NCBI GenBank assembly: GCA_024635455.1
Contig: JAGXIU010000002.1
Location: 172,309-236,308, forward strand
Reading direction: 5' to 3'
DNA: 64,000 nucleotides
From: Candidatus Saccharimonadota bacterium
GTDB lineage: Bacteria; Patescibacteriota; Saccharimonadia; Saccharimonadales; SLHW01
Of this stretch, positions 9,844 through 19,460 are shown piece by piece. Under the pieces are notes generated by a model that was given only the letters and a program-made list of their open reading frames with translations, made no database searches and was not told the origin of the DNA. A program made the translations under genes and the position numbers. Each line of letters starts with the position of its first letter. Positions within the stretch are counted from its first letter, which is position 1.

Positions 9844-9875
9844 TAAACCCGACATACTAAAGTGTGTCGGGTTTA
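9844..9875. repeat. Dispersed 32-bp palindromic repeat, copy 2
   Basis: TAAACCCGACA-T-ACTAAAGT-G-TGTCGGGTTTA. Confidence 0.95.
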
Positions 9876-9900
9876 TTACTTCTATTTTTTAAGATTATGT

Positions 9901-10641
9901 CTATTGTTCTTCGTCTGGGACGAATTCAGACGGGTCAAAACCCTCTGGTAAGGTGTCGCCCGATTGACTGCCTATGGTTGGATCAATCTCTCCATCCGCG
10001 TTCAGCGGGGAATTTTGTGACGGTTCACCAGTCTCTCGCTCAATGTATTCATCTATAACGGCGAAGAACTCACTGGCATCTTGTGGGTTTTCGATGGGCT
10101 CTTCATTAATGTAGAAGCTTGGAGTACCGGTCACGCCGTGTTCATCAGCCCGTTCACGGTCGGCATTGATGGTGGCAAGCACCTCGCTGCTGCCGACATC
10201 AGCTCGGTACTGCTCCATGTCGAGTTCCAGCTCCTCAGCATAGCCTTCAAAAATCTGCGCAGCGTTGTCTGCCTGCGACCAAGATTGTTGCCGCTCGTAT
10301 ATCAGGTCGTGCATTGGGAAGAATTGATCCTGTAGACCAGCAGCTTCGGCTGCTCGGTGGGCTGACATTGAGTTGGGCAGACTACCGATAAGAGGGAAGT
10401 GGCGGAACTGAAAGCTAATTTCGTCGCCATAGATTTCTTTGATCGAGTCAACCACAGGGAAGTATTGTCCACAAGATGGACACTGGAAGTCACCATATTC
10501 GATAAGGGTAACACCGGATGTTCCCTCGCCAATGACGTGGTTGCTCACCTCGCCGGCCTCAGGTGCGTCTTGTCGGTTGAAATAAATAATAGCGCCAAAC
10601 CCGACTACTAATATCGCCATTATTACTGCAAATCGATTCAT
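9901..10641 (-). CDS. DsbA-family thioredoxin-fold protein
   Basis: EYGDFQCPSC active site, FRHFPL, GVTGTPSF cis-Pro loop, N-terminal TM. Confidence 0.9.
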   Translation of the reverse strand: MNRFAVIMAILVVGFGAIIYFNRQDAPEAGEVSNHVIGEGTSGVTLIEYGDFQCPSCGQYFPVVDSIKEIYGDEISFQFRHFPLIGSLPNSMSAHRAAEAAGLQDQFFPMHDLIYERQQSWSQADNAAQIFEGYAEELELDMEQYRADVGSSEVLATINADRERADEHGVTGTPSFYINEEPIENPQDASEFFAVIDEYIERETGEPSQNSPLNADGEIDPTIGSQSGDTLPEGFDPSEFVPDEEQ

Positions 10642-10704
10642 AAAACCTCTGCTCCTCTTCCGTTGGATTTCTCTTTATTCACTATTTTATTGTACCATTA
10701 CTGT

Positions 10705-11757
10705 ATGCAACTTTTTATTGGGATTATTCTGTTCCTATCAACGCTTTTTGCGGTTGGCCTACAGCGAGCCTATGAGCACGTGCCTCTTAAGGAACTGCGC
10801 CGACAGGCCAGAGCCGGCGATGCGTTGGCGCAAGGGTTATATCGAGCAGTCGCTTACGGGTACTCATTGCGCGTATTATTGCTGACGTTTTCTGTTGTAG
10901 TCAATGCACTGCTGTACGTGTTTATTGCGCGCACTGTAGATACCTGGTTTGCGGCCTTCGTGATTGTGGCTCTGCTTTGGTTTTTCTATATATGGTGGCC
11001 GGCGCAGGCAGTCCGTCAGTGGATGGTTCGGACCGCCACCTACGTTGCTCCTGCTATTGCTGGTCTACTGCAATACTTACATCCAGTAATCGACCGAGTG
11101 CATACGTTCATACGTCAGCGCAGGCCACTCCACTTTCATAGCGGAATGTATGAGGTTGAAGACATCATATCATTGCTTGAGCAGCAGAATCAGCAAGCAG
11201 ATAATCGTATACCTCAGAGCACGATTCATACAGCAATCGCAGCACTGACATTCAGCGATGTATCGGTAGCCGATACTCTAACGCCGCGTCGCGTAGTGCA
11301 CAACGTGGCAGTTGATGAGAGTGTTGGACCGGTATTATTAACCGAGCTTCATAATAGTGGTTTTTCGCGTTTTCCGGTCTATGACGGCTCTCCAGATAAT
11401 ATCGTCGGTATCTTGCTGTTAAGAGACTTAGTAAACGCACGCAAAGGCGGCAAGATAAAGGCCTATATGAAGCCCAAGGTTTGCTATGTACACGAAGAGC
11501 AAACTTTGCGAAACGCACTTGATGCCGTAATCAAGACGCACCAGCAGTTGTTTATTGTTGTTAATAGCTTCGAGGAGTATGTGGGCGTTATATCGATAGA
11601 AGATATCTTGGAGCGTGTGCTTGGTCAGCAAATTGTTGATGAGTTTGATAACTATGAAAGTATGCGTGCGGTAGCTGCCTCGCAGGCAAAAAAAGATAAG
11701 AAAAACCACGATCACCCTGCAGGTGATGCGTCATTGAGTGCAGAAGTGGTAGAATAA
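10705..11757 (+). CDS. CNNM/CBS-domain membrane protein (CorB/CorC-like)
   Basis: N-terminal TMs, GFSRFPVY, GVISIEDILE CBS pair; ATG 10705 preferred over TTG 10663. Confidence 0.85.
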   Translation: MQLFIGIILFLSTLFAVGLQRAYEHVPLKELRRQARAGDALAQGLYRAVAYGYSLRVLLLTFSVVVNALLYVFIARTVDTWFAAFVIVALLWFFYIWWPAQAVRQWMVRTATYVAPAIAGLLQYLHPVIDRVHTFIRQRRPLHFHSGMYEVEDIISLLEQQNQQADNRIPQSTIHTAIAALTFSDVSVADTLTPRRVVHNVAVDESVGPVLLTELHNSGFSRFPVYDGSPDNIVGILLLRDLVNARKGGKIKAYMKPKVCYVHEEQTLRNALDAVIKTHQQLFIVVNSFEEYVGVISIEDILERVLGQQIVDEFDNYESMRAVAASQAKKDKKNHDHPAGDASLSAEVVE

Positions 11758-11817
11758 TCTAGTAATTAAGGTAGTGCGCGAGACGTTACCAGTAAATTTG
11801 AAAAACAAGGATATTTG

Positions 11818-13128
11818 ATGAGAGTTTTGAGTAGAGACATAAAACAACATGTGGGTAAAGAAATCACCATAGCTGGCTGGGTTCACAAAAAACGTCTTTT
11901 GGGCGGTATTACTTTTATAAATGTTCGTGATAGGACGGGGCTGGTTCAGTGCGTCGTTAAGGACGCTGATGAGGTTGAGAAGTTGCGCGGTATGCAGATT
12001 GGCACGATAGTAACCGTGTCGGGCCTTGTAAATGAAGAATCACGGGCACCACATGGAGCAGAGCTACACCAGCCAAAGATAACAGTTGATGTTCCTGTGA
12101 CGGAGCAGCCAGCCATTGAGGTTGATAAGCGGATTGATCATAAGCCAGAAAACCAAGACACTTTATTCGAAAATAGACCACTTAATGTGCGAAACTTACA
12201 AGAACAGCAGATTTTTCGTTTGCGCTCAGAGCTGAACCGTTATATTCGTGAGTTTGCACACAGTCAGGAATTTGTTGAAATTCAAACACCAAAACTACTA
12301 GCTGGAGCAACTGAGGGCGGTGCGGAAATATTTAAACTTGATTATTTTGGCCAAGAAGCAACCTTAGCACAGAGTCCGCAGCTCTATAAACAGATGATGG
12401 TAGGAGCATTTGAACGAGTGTTTGAGATAGGGCCTGCTTTTCGCGCTGAGCCAAGTATGACAACTCGTCACTTGAGTGAGACAACAATGCTTGATTTAGA
12501 AATCGGCTTCATAAAGGATCATGACGAAGTCCTACAAATGGTTGAGAAGATGGTGTTCCAGGTTTTAACAAACCTATATGAAGAACACGCTGATGAGCTG
12601 CAAGAGCTTCGCGCACCAGAGCTTGTGTTGAAGCCTGACTTTCCGCGCTATACAGTGGCACAGGTACATCAAATGTATACCGAGGCGACTGGCGAGGACA
12701 CCACGCAAGAAAAGGATCTCATCCCCGCAGAAGAGCGTTGGATTTGTGACTACGCGAAGGACAAGCAGGGCTGTGAAGCCGTTTTTGTCACCGAGTTTCC
12801 AGTTGAAGCAATGAAGTTCTACCATATGATAAATCCAGAGAATGAAAAAACTGTTCTATGGGGCGACTTATTGTTCCGCGGACTAGAGATTGCGACTTGT
12901 CCACAACGTGAGCATCGCTACGATGTACTTGTTCAGCAGATGAAAGATGCTGGGCTTGACCCCAAGCACCCAGGTTATAAATACTACCTCGAGGCGTTTA
13001 AGAACGGCTTGCCGGCACACGGTGGCTGCGGCTTTGGTATTGATCGCTTGGTACAAAAAGCAATCGGACTGCATAGCGTTAAAGAGGCGACCCTATTTCC
13101 ACGCGACATCAACCGATTAGCGCCGTAG
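11818..13128 (+). CDS. aspS: Aspartate--tRNA(Asp/Asn) ligase, archaeal/non-discriminating type
   Basis: OB fold GWVH...RDRTG, TEGGAE, LAQSPQLYKQ, FRAEPS, HGGCGFGIDRL...LFPRD; about 436 aa without the bacterial GAD insert. Confidence 0.92.
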   Translation: MRVLSRDIKQHVGKEITIAGWVHKKRLLGGITFINVRDRTGLVQCVVKDADEVEKLRGMQIGTIVTVSGLVNEESRAPHGAELHQPKITVDVPVTEQPAIEVDKRIDHKPENQDTLFENRPLNVRNLQEQQIFRLRSELNRYIREFAHSQEFVEIQTPKLLAGATEGGAEIFKLDYFGQEATLAQSPQLYKQMMVGAFERVFEIGPAFRAEPSMTTRHLSETTMLDLEIGFIKDHDEVLQMVEKMVFQVLTNLYEEHADELQELRAPELVLKPDFPRYTVAQVHQMYTEATGEDTTQEKDLIPAEERWICDYAKDKQGCEAVFVTEFPVEAMKFYHMINPENEKTVLWGDLLFRGLEIATCPQREHRYDVLVQQMKDAGLDPKHPGYKYYLEAFKNGLPAHGGCGFGIDRLVQKAIGLHSVKEATLFPRDINRLAP

Positions 13129-13159
13129 TTTATTAGCATATGCGCTACAATAGAGAGCG

Positions 13160-13738
13160 ATGGCAACCTATCAACATCATTCGCAAAAACTAATACGCCG
13201 CAGGATTATTGCGGCCCTTATTATCGGTGGGTTATTGATGCTTATAGCAGTTGGCTGGTTTTTTATCTCGCAACTGCAAGCTGAGCGCCAGTTAACAGCA
13301 GTGAAACCACCAGAGACTTTTGTTGATGGAGAAGGTCCGGCTGCTGATATTTCGGATCGAGTGTTTTCTGAGGCTGAAAAGCCAACAATTGAACTACAAG
13401 AAGTCTATGATAACCAGCGTCGAGATAACATTGATTTGATTCATCGTAGCCTGCAGGCATACTTTGCTGAGAAAGGTGTATATCCAGACCTGACGAATAT
13501 GAATAGCAGTGGTTTTCGGCGGGGTGCTTTTCCCGATATTGAGCAGGCTGACTTTAAAGATCCAGACGATACCGACTCGCGCGTAGTCCTTACCAGGACA
13601 GCACAACGTGGCGTGTACTCCTACGAGCCAGTTGATACGAATGACTACACTTGCGAACCTGTCGACAGGCCGTGCGTAGGGTACACTGTCTCTGCTGTTT
13701 TGAGTGACGGTACTGTTTACTCATTGTCATCAGATTAG
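13160..13738 (+). CDS. Single-TM protein with pilin/pseudopilin-like globular domain
   Basis: DNQRRDNIDLIHRSLQAYFAEKGVYP...DP...YSY...C..C..YTVSAVL pattern. Confidence 0.6.
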   Translation: MATYQHHSQKLIRRRIIAALIIGGLLMLIAVGWFFISQLQAERQLTAVKPPETFVDGEGPAADISDRVFSEAEKPTIELQEVYDNQRRDNIDLIHRSLQAYFAEKGVYPDLTNMNSSGFRRGAFPDIEQADFKDPDDTDSRVVLTRTAQRGVYSYEPVDTNDYTCEPVDRPCVGYTVSAVLSDGTVYSLSSD

Positions 13739-13798
13739 TTTTTCTAAAGAGGCATTACTTGTAGCTTAACTAAATAGCTGGCATACTAAGTAGTACAT

Positions 13799-14275
13799 AT
13801 GCAAAATCAACAATCAAATCTTCAGGGGCAAACTGGGCAGCCGGTGCCGAATGTACAAGACCCGCAAGCAGGGACAAACAGTAATCTACAACAAACTCTT
13901 GATTTGCAGAACATCGATAGTAGCCAAACTACCATAGCTGTACCTGGCGAAGGCTCATCTACCACGGCTTCTGTTGGTCAGGATAGCACTGTAGCTAGTT
14001 CTGATTCATCCCTACTAGGTGTAGACATTAGTGCACCACTCTTGGTAACTATTTTCGTAGCAGCTGTCGTAATCATTGGTTTGTTAGCAAAGCTAGCCAA
14101 GCCAAGGCACGAACTTTATCCTGAATCTGACCAAATTGTTGAGACTGACACTAACCTAGGTCAAGCCAGTGACGTACCTATAGACCAAACCGCACCTTAT
14201 GAGAAAAAAACTGGAAATAAAAAAATGACACGACGACAGCGTCGGAACCAAAGCAAGCGCAAGAATAATTATTAG
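13799..14275 (+). CDS. Low-complexity single-TM protein
   Basis: Q/N/S-rich N-terminus, TM, basic C-terminus. Confidence 0.65.
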   Translation: MQNQQSNLQGQTGQPVPNVQDPQAGTNSNLQQTLDLQNIDSSQTTIAVPGEGSSTTASVGQDSTVASSDSSLLGVDISAPLLVTIFVAAVVIIGLLAKLAKPRHELYPESDQIVETDTNLGQASDVPIDQTAPYEKKTGNKKMTRRQRRNQSKRKNNY

Positions 14276-14351
14276 ACATTGCTTGGGTGATTACGCTTAA
14301 GGTTTGCTACAATTATAAGAAGTAATTTTAGCGAGTAATCACGACATCTTC

Positions 14352-16358
14352 ATGAGTAAACAACGAAAACCAGATTTAGCGAAGAATAATTACAGCGACC
14401 TCGAGAAACGAGTCGATGATTTGATGGCGACTGAACGAACGCTGCAGGATAAAAAGGAGCAGCTGGCAGCCGAAGAAAGCGAACTGGTGCCTCGGCCAAA
14501 CTTACCGATGGACGACAAGAAACTTGATATAAAGGTACTACGTGAGGAGGACATCGAGGAGCCAGAAGATGTTGCACTCCCAGTCGCTGACGAGCAGTCT
14601 TCAGCTGAACAGCCGGCAACAGAATCTACGAACGAAGAAGCGCCGAAAAGCGCACCTGATGAGCTCGAGGACACCACGACCGATAAAGCCGTTCAGGATA
14701 TTATCGCAAAAGAAGGTGATACGTCGTTGGCGGTGGCCGACAAGGCAGCTCACCCTCCTGAGCCGAAGCAGTCTTTGCTGAGCAAGCTAAAGCACGCTAT
14801 TGGTAATTGGTGGCGCAGCCCAATCAAGCGAAACAGCACCTTATTTGCTGCCGCGATAGCTATTATATTAGTTGGCATTGTGCCGACTTCTCGTTATTTT
14901 GTACTTAATTCGCTCGGTGTTCGTAGCAGTACATCTGTGCGGGTGATTGACCACAGTAGTTTGCAGCCCCTACGGAATGTCGAAGTGCGGATTGGTGATC
15001 GTGCAGCATTAACTGATGAAACGGGTTACGCAACCCTAAAAGATTTACGCCTTGGCGATCGTGATCTTCATGTGTCACGCCGGGCATTTGCGAACCGAAC
15101 TCTTAATATCACACTTGGCTGGGGCAGTAACCCACTTGGCGAGTATTGGCTATACCCAACTGGTAGTCAGTATGTATTTGTTCTTGAAGATTTCTTGTCA
15201 GGGAGTGCAGTCAGTGAGGCGGAAGTTATTAGTGACGATGTCAGCGCACTTGCAGACCAGGATGGTCTGGCCCGCTTAACAATAGATGCAGAAGACGACG
15301 CTCCGCAGCTGAATGTCAATGTGTACGCTGAGGGTTACCGGACGGAGACGGTTGTTATAGATGCAAATACGACCGAACAACAGACTATACGTTTAGTACC
15401 CCACTTGAGGCACTTTTTTGTATCTGAACGCGATGCTCGGCGAGACATCTACGCGATAGATGCAGATGGTGAGAGCGAAGAGCTTATTTTAGAGGGCACA
15501 GGCTATGAGAACGATAATATGACTCTGCTTGCTCACCCTGACTATAATCGACTGGCAGTGATTTCAACGCGTGAAAATGTGCGCAATGACGATGGATTTC
15601 TCCTGAGTAACTTAACTATTATTGATGCCGATGATGACTATCAGGAGACTATTGCTACGTCAGAGCGCATTCAGCTTATCGACTGGTACGGCGATTATTT
15701 GGTATTCTTGCAGATCACCGAAGGTGCCAGCGGGACTAATCCTGAGCGCCATCGGATTGTTCGCTATAATTATCGAACTGAGCGCGTCATAACACTGGCC
15801 ACCAGTAATTACTTCAATAGCGTCATGCCGGTTGGTCCGTATGTTTACTTTGCGCCATCAAGCATATTCCAGGAAACAGAGACAAACTTGGAGCGGATAC
15901 ATGTGATTGATGATGAGCGAGAAACGGTGTTAGAGCGAGAATCTTGGAGCTTATTTAGAACTAGTCTGAATAATCTCACCATAGCAACGAATAACCAGTG
16001 GTATAACTACAGCTTAGTAGATGATACGAACCAGGCGTTGAGCGAAGCGCCAGTAAACCCGCAAAACAGGTTTTATAAACAAAACCCATGGGATGACACT
16101 ATTTTTGCTCGTGCCGAGCGGCGTGATGGTCAAGGTCTAATTGTCCTGGAGCGTACTGATCAGACTGGCGAAGAAATCCTACAAGAAGCGCCAGGTGCTG
16201 GTTATCCTCTGCGCTGGCTCAACAAAACAACCGTTGTTTATCGTGTAAATACACTCGACGAAACAGCTGATTACGTCGTTAGTACAGAAAACGGTAATAC
16301 ACAAAAAATCGTCAACGTGACACCAGCCTCAGCAACAGAACGATGGTACAGTTACTAG
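14352..16358 (+). CDS. Large membrane-anchored protein (acidic N-terminus, beta-sandwich repeats, TolB-like propeller)
   Basis: 668-aa ORF; TDETGYATL carboxypeptidase-regulatory-like motif; FFVSERDARRDIYAIDADG. Confidence 0.75.
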   Translation: MSKQRKPDLAKNNYSDLEKRVDDLMATERTLQDKKEQLAAEESELVPRPNLPMDDKKLDIKVLREEDIEEPEDVALPVADEQSSAEQPATESTNEEAPKSAPDELEDTTTDKAVQDIIAKEGDTSLAVADKAAHPPEPKQSLLSKLKHAIGNWWRSPIKRNSTLFAAAIAIILVGIVPTSRYFVLNSLGVRSSTSVRVIDHSSLQPLRNVEVRIGDRAALTDETGYATLKDLRLGDRDLHVSRRAFANRTLNITLGWGSNPLGEYWLYPTGSQYVFVLEDFLSGSAVSEAEVISDDVSALADQDGLARLTIDAEDDAPQLNVNVYAEGYRTETVVIDANTTEQQTIRLVPHLRHFFVSERDARRDIYAIDADGESEELILEGTGYENDNMTLLAHPDYNRLAVISTRENVRNDDGFLLSNLTIIDADDDYQETIATSERIQLIDWYGDYLVFLQITEGASGTNPERHRIVRYNYRTERVITLATSNYFNSVMPVGPYVYFAPSSIFQETETNLERIHVIDDERETVLERESWSLFRTSLNNLTIATNNQWYNYSLVDDTNQALSEAPVNPQNRFYKQNPWDDTIFARAERRDGQGLIVLERTDQTGEEILQEAPGAGYPLRWLNKTTVVYRVNTLDETADYVVSTENGNTQKIVNVTPASATERWYSY

Positions 16359-16400
16359 GTTATAAATCCTTAGAATTGATGTGACATACTGAGGGCTGAT

Positions 16401-17210
16401 ATGGACGCAGCTACAATCAAGGCTTTCCAGTATACGGTTATGGAATATTATCGACTGCATGGGCGTAGTCTAGCTTGGCGATCCAAAGAACCGGACGACA
16501 CACATTATGCTTATAAGGTGCTCGTATCAGAGATTATGCTCCAACAAACACAGGTATCGCGTGTGGAGCCAAAATTTCGAGACTTTCTAGATTCGTTTCC
16601 GGACATTCACGATCTTGCTAGTGCCTCACGAGCTGACGTATTGCGTCTATGGAGCGGGCTTGGCTACAATCGCCGCGCTATTTACCTACAAGAGGCAAGT
16701 AGGTACCTCGAGCAGGTCACGCAACCATGGACTATCGACCAACTCATTACTTGTACGGGTATTGGCTATAATACTGCGGCTGCAATCTGTGTTTATGCGT
16801 ATAATCAACCCCACGTATTTATCGAGACAAACGTTCGGACGGTTTATATCCATCATTTCTTTCAGGAGCAAGATGTGGTTGATGACAAGGAAATTTCACC
16901 AATAATTGAACAAACAATGGATGTGACTAATCCTAGGGAATTTTATTGGGCGCTAATGGACTACGGCTCATGGTTAAAGGCGCGCGGCAACCAAAGCCTC
17001 AGGCGGAGCAGGCAATACAGTCGACAATCAGTATTTCAGGGATCGCGCAGGCAACTACGCGGTCAAATAATACGTTTACTAACAAAAAATGGTTCGCTAA
17101 CAGTAACTGAAGTCGAAGAAATAATAAATGACGATCGCTTGCATACCGTGATTGATAATCTGAAGCGCGATGAGTTGATAACAGTTCGAAGTGGGCGGCT
17201 TTCTTTGTGA
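16401..17210 (+). CDS. mutY: A/G-specific adenine glycosylase, short form
   Basis: LAWR, VLVSEIMLQQTQVSRV, WSGLGYNRRA, HhH GIGYNTAAAI, ALMDYG. Confidence 0.85.
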   Translation: MDAATIKAFQYTVMEYYRLHGRSLAWRSKEPDDTHYAYKVLVSEIMLQQTQVSRVEPKFRDFLDSFPDIHDLASASRADVLRLWSGLGYNRRAIYLQEASRYLEQVTQPWTIDQLITCTGIGYNTAAAICVYAYNQPHVFIETNVRTVYIHHFFQEQDVVDDKEISPIIEQTMDVTNPREFYWALMDYGSWLKARGNQSLRRSRQYSRQSVFQGSRRQLRGQIIRLLTKNGSLTVTEVEEIINDDRLHTVIDNLKRDELITVRSGRLSL

Positions 17211-17278
17211 TATATACAAAGTACTTATGCTATTATCGTATAAGATAACCAATAAACATATAAGGCACGCACGATAAT

Positions 17279-18028
17279 ATGGACCCAAAGGAACAATCAC
17301 CAGAAGCCAGTCAAAACCAAAAGCCTGCTAATCCGCAGAATCCCCCAATTGTTAATGACATTTCTACGCCCCCAGCTCAAACAAATGCTCCGCAGCCAAA
17401 CCAGCAACAACCGGATTCACAACCAGTTGCTGATCAATCTCCTGTGCCGTCAAACCCTGCTATAAAATCACCACCCCCAGAACAGGAGCAATCAGACGTA
17501 CCAGCGCAGGCAGCCGCAGCGACGGACCAATCTTCGCAAGCCAATGATTCTGCTACAGACAACCCACCTAAGCCAGCACCAACTCTCGGTGCGGCGAGTC
17601 CCGTAGAAGATACACCAGAAAAAATAGACGACTCAGAAGCGATATCGAATAAAACTGATGAAAAACCGGATAAAAAAGCCAGTAAGGCACCCAAAAAAGC
17701 AAAAAGCAATAAACCTGTTGCCTTTATAATCTTTGCAATCGTGATCGCGCTTATTCTTATGAGCTTAATCGTTATGTCTTATATGGAGCAGGCTGATGAA
17801 GACGCTGACCCGGTGCCTGCTAATCAAACGCAGCAGATTTCTGAAGTGGATAATTCAGCAGCAGAGCAGCAAATAGATGAGCTACAAAGTGAAGTAGACG
17901 CGCTAACTGAAGAATTGGCGGAATCCGAGCAAGAACTTAATACATTAGATCAAGGCTTTAACGATATAACTGAAGACCCGGATACACCCGTCAGTAATAC
18001 GGTTGATAATCAAGAAACAACCAACTAG
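17279..18028 (+). CDS. Pro/Gln-rich single-TM protein with coiled coil
   Basis: 249-aa ORF, disordered N-terminus, TM, acidic heptads. Confidence 0.7.
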   Translation: MDPKEQSPEASQNQKPANPQNPPIVNDISTPPAQTNAPQPNQQQPDSQPVADQSPVPSNPAIKSPPPEQEQSDVPAQAAAATDQSSQANDSATDNPPKPAPTLGAASPVEDTPEKIDDSEAISNKTDEKPDKKASKAPKKAKSNKPVAFIIFAIVIALILMSLIVMSYMEQADEDADPVPANQTQQISEVDNSAAEQQIDELQSEVDALTEELAESEQELNTLDQGFNDITEDPDTPVSNTVDNQETTN

Positions 18029-18031
18029 GGC

Positions 18032-18892
18032 TTAACTTTTCTTTTTGTTGGCAGGTTGGTGCAAAACCATTTGTGGAAATGGTATTTCGACATCGTTTTT
18101 ATCAAAGGCAGCTTTTAGGCGACGGCGAAACTCACCAGCAACTGCCCATCGTTGATCGGCTGTCGTTTTACCGAGGATTTTGATAACAACAGATGAGTCG
18201 GCGAAGGAGTCAACTCGCAAAAATGCTGGAGCTTCAATGATGGCTTCTCTCCAGTCTGCATCATGAGCCATGGTTTCACCAACATCATTGATGACTTTTT
18301 CGACCTTGTCGATGTCTGCGTTGTAGCTGACACCAATATCTATATTTACGTTAGAAAATTCCATTGTCATATTAGTAGCAACCTGGATGTACCCATTCGG
18401 TACGTGATGCACCATGCCATCAAGGTCCCGCAACACAGTCTCGCGTAGGGTAATTTTCTCGACCATCCCAACGACTTCACTATTTACCTGGACCACGTCA
18501 CCGACACGGTATTGATTCTCGAATATAATAAGCAGGCCAGTTAAGCCATCCTTCACGATAGACTGCGCCCCAAAACCAAGCGCTACACCGATAACACCTG
18601 CTCCAGCTAATAGCGGAGCTATATTGACGCCGAACTCCTCCAGGAGCATCATGCCGGCGATAATCCAGATACCGATGCGCAAGGCAGTACTGATAATGTC
18701 TATGAGGGTCTTTTCTCGCTTTTCTTCAGCAATCTTGAACGCTATATTATCGTGATGGACGGCTCGCTTCACAACACGGCTCACGAGGACCATGGCGAAC
18801 TTTCGAGAAAGATAGGCTGCGCCAACGATAAGTGCGACTGCAAAAGCATGCTGATTAAAGAATTGTTCAATTGTCTCAACTGTTGTTTCCAT
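18032..18892 (-). CDS. mscS: Small-conductance mechanosensitive channel family protein
   Basis: LLAGAGVIGVALGFGAQSIVKD, ENQYRVGD, IPFPQ. Confidence 0.92.
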   Translation of the reverse strand: METTVETIEQFFNQHAFAVALIVGAAYLSRKFAMVLVSRVVKRAVHHDNIAFKIAEEKREKTLIDIISTALRIGIWIIAGMMLLEEFGVNIAPLLAGAGVIGVALGFGAQSIVKDGLTGLLIIFENQYRVGDVVQVNSEVVGMVEKITLRETVLRDLDGMVHHVPNGYIQVATNMTMEFSNVNIDIGVSYNADIDKVEKVINDVGETMAHDADWREAIIEAPAFLRVDSFADSSVVIKILGKTTADQRWAVAGEFRRRLKAAFDKNDVEIPFPQMVLHQPANKKKS

Positions 18893-19133
18893 GAGGCGTA
18901 GTATAGCAATAATAAGAGAGAATGTCAGTGTTGTACTAGCTTATTTTATTAATGAACATAACTATATGGTAGATAATATTGTCCACAGCTTCGCAGGATA
19001 GCCACCAGGCCCGAGATTAATCAGAAAAGACAATACGCCAGGCGAGACAGCAAGTTAATTATTGCTAAAAGTAGAGTTACTGTTTTACGTAAAGGAGTTG
19101 TTATAATTGATGCAGAAAAGGGAGAAATAAACC

Positions 19134-19460
19134 ATGACATTTAACGATTATCAGCAAGCTGCGCTAAAAACTGCGAGCAATGATAAGCCACTCGAATTTT
19201 ATCACCGTGTTCTTGGTCTTGTTGGTGAGGCTGGTGAGATAGCAGAGAAGGTTAAGAAGCTGATTCGTGACGGAGACGGCAAGACGGAATCGCTCGATAC
19301 AGAAGACATCACCAAGGAGCTTGGTGATGTGCTTTGGTATATCGCTACGATTGCTGACTATCTAGATATACCACTTGAGTCAGTGGCTACGACGAATGTA
19401 GCCAAGCTAGCCGATAGACAGAAACGCAACGCACTCAAGGGTAGTGGTGATAATCGTTAG
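19134..19460 (+). CDS. MazG-like nucleoside triphosphate pyrophosphohydrolase
   Basis: GLVGEAGEIAEKVKK and KELGDVLWY. Confidence 0.9.
   Translation: MTFNDYQQAALKTASNDKPLEFYHRVLGLVGEAGEIAEKVKKLIRDGDGKTESLDTEDITKELGDVLWYIATIADYLDIPLESVATTNVAKLADRQKRNALKGSGDNR

Noticed and set aside
18979..18987. DnaA-box-like TTGTCCACA suggesting oriC
   Set aside because: Single imperfect box with no cluster and no dnaA nearby
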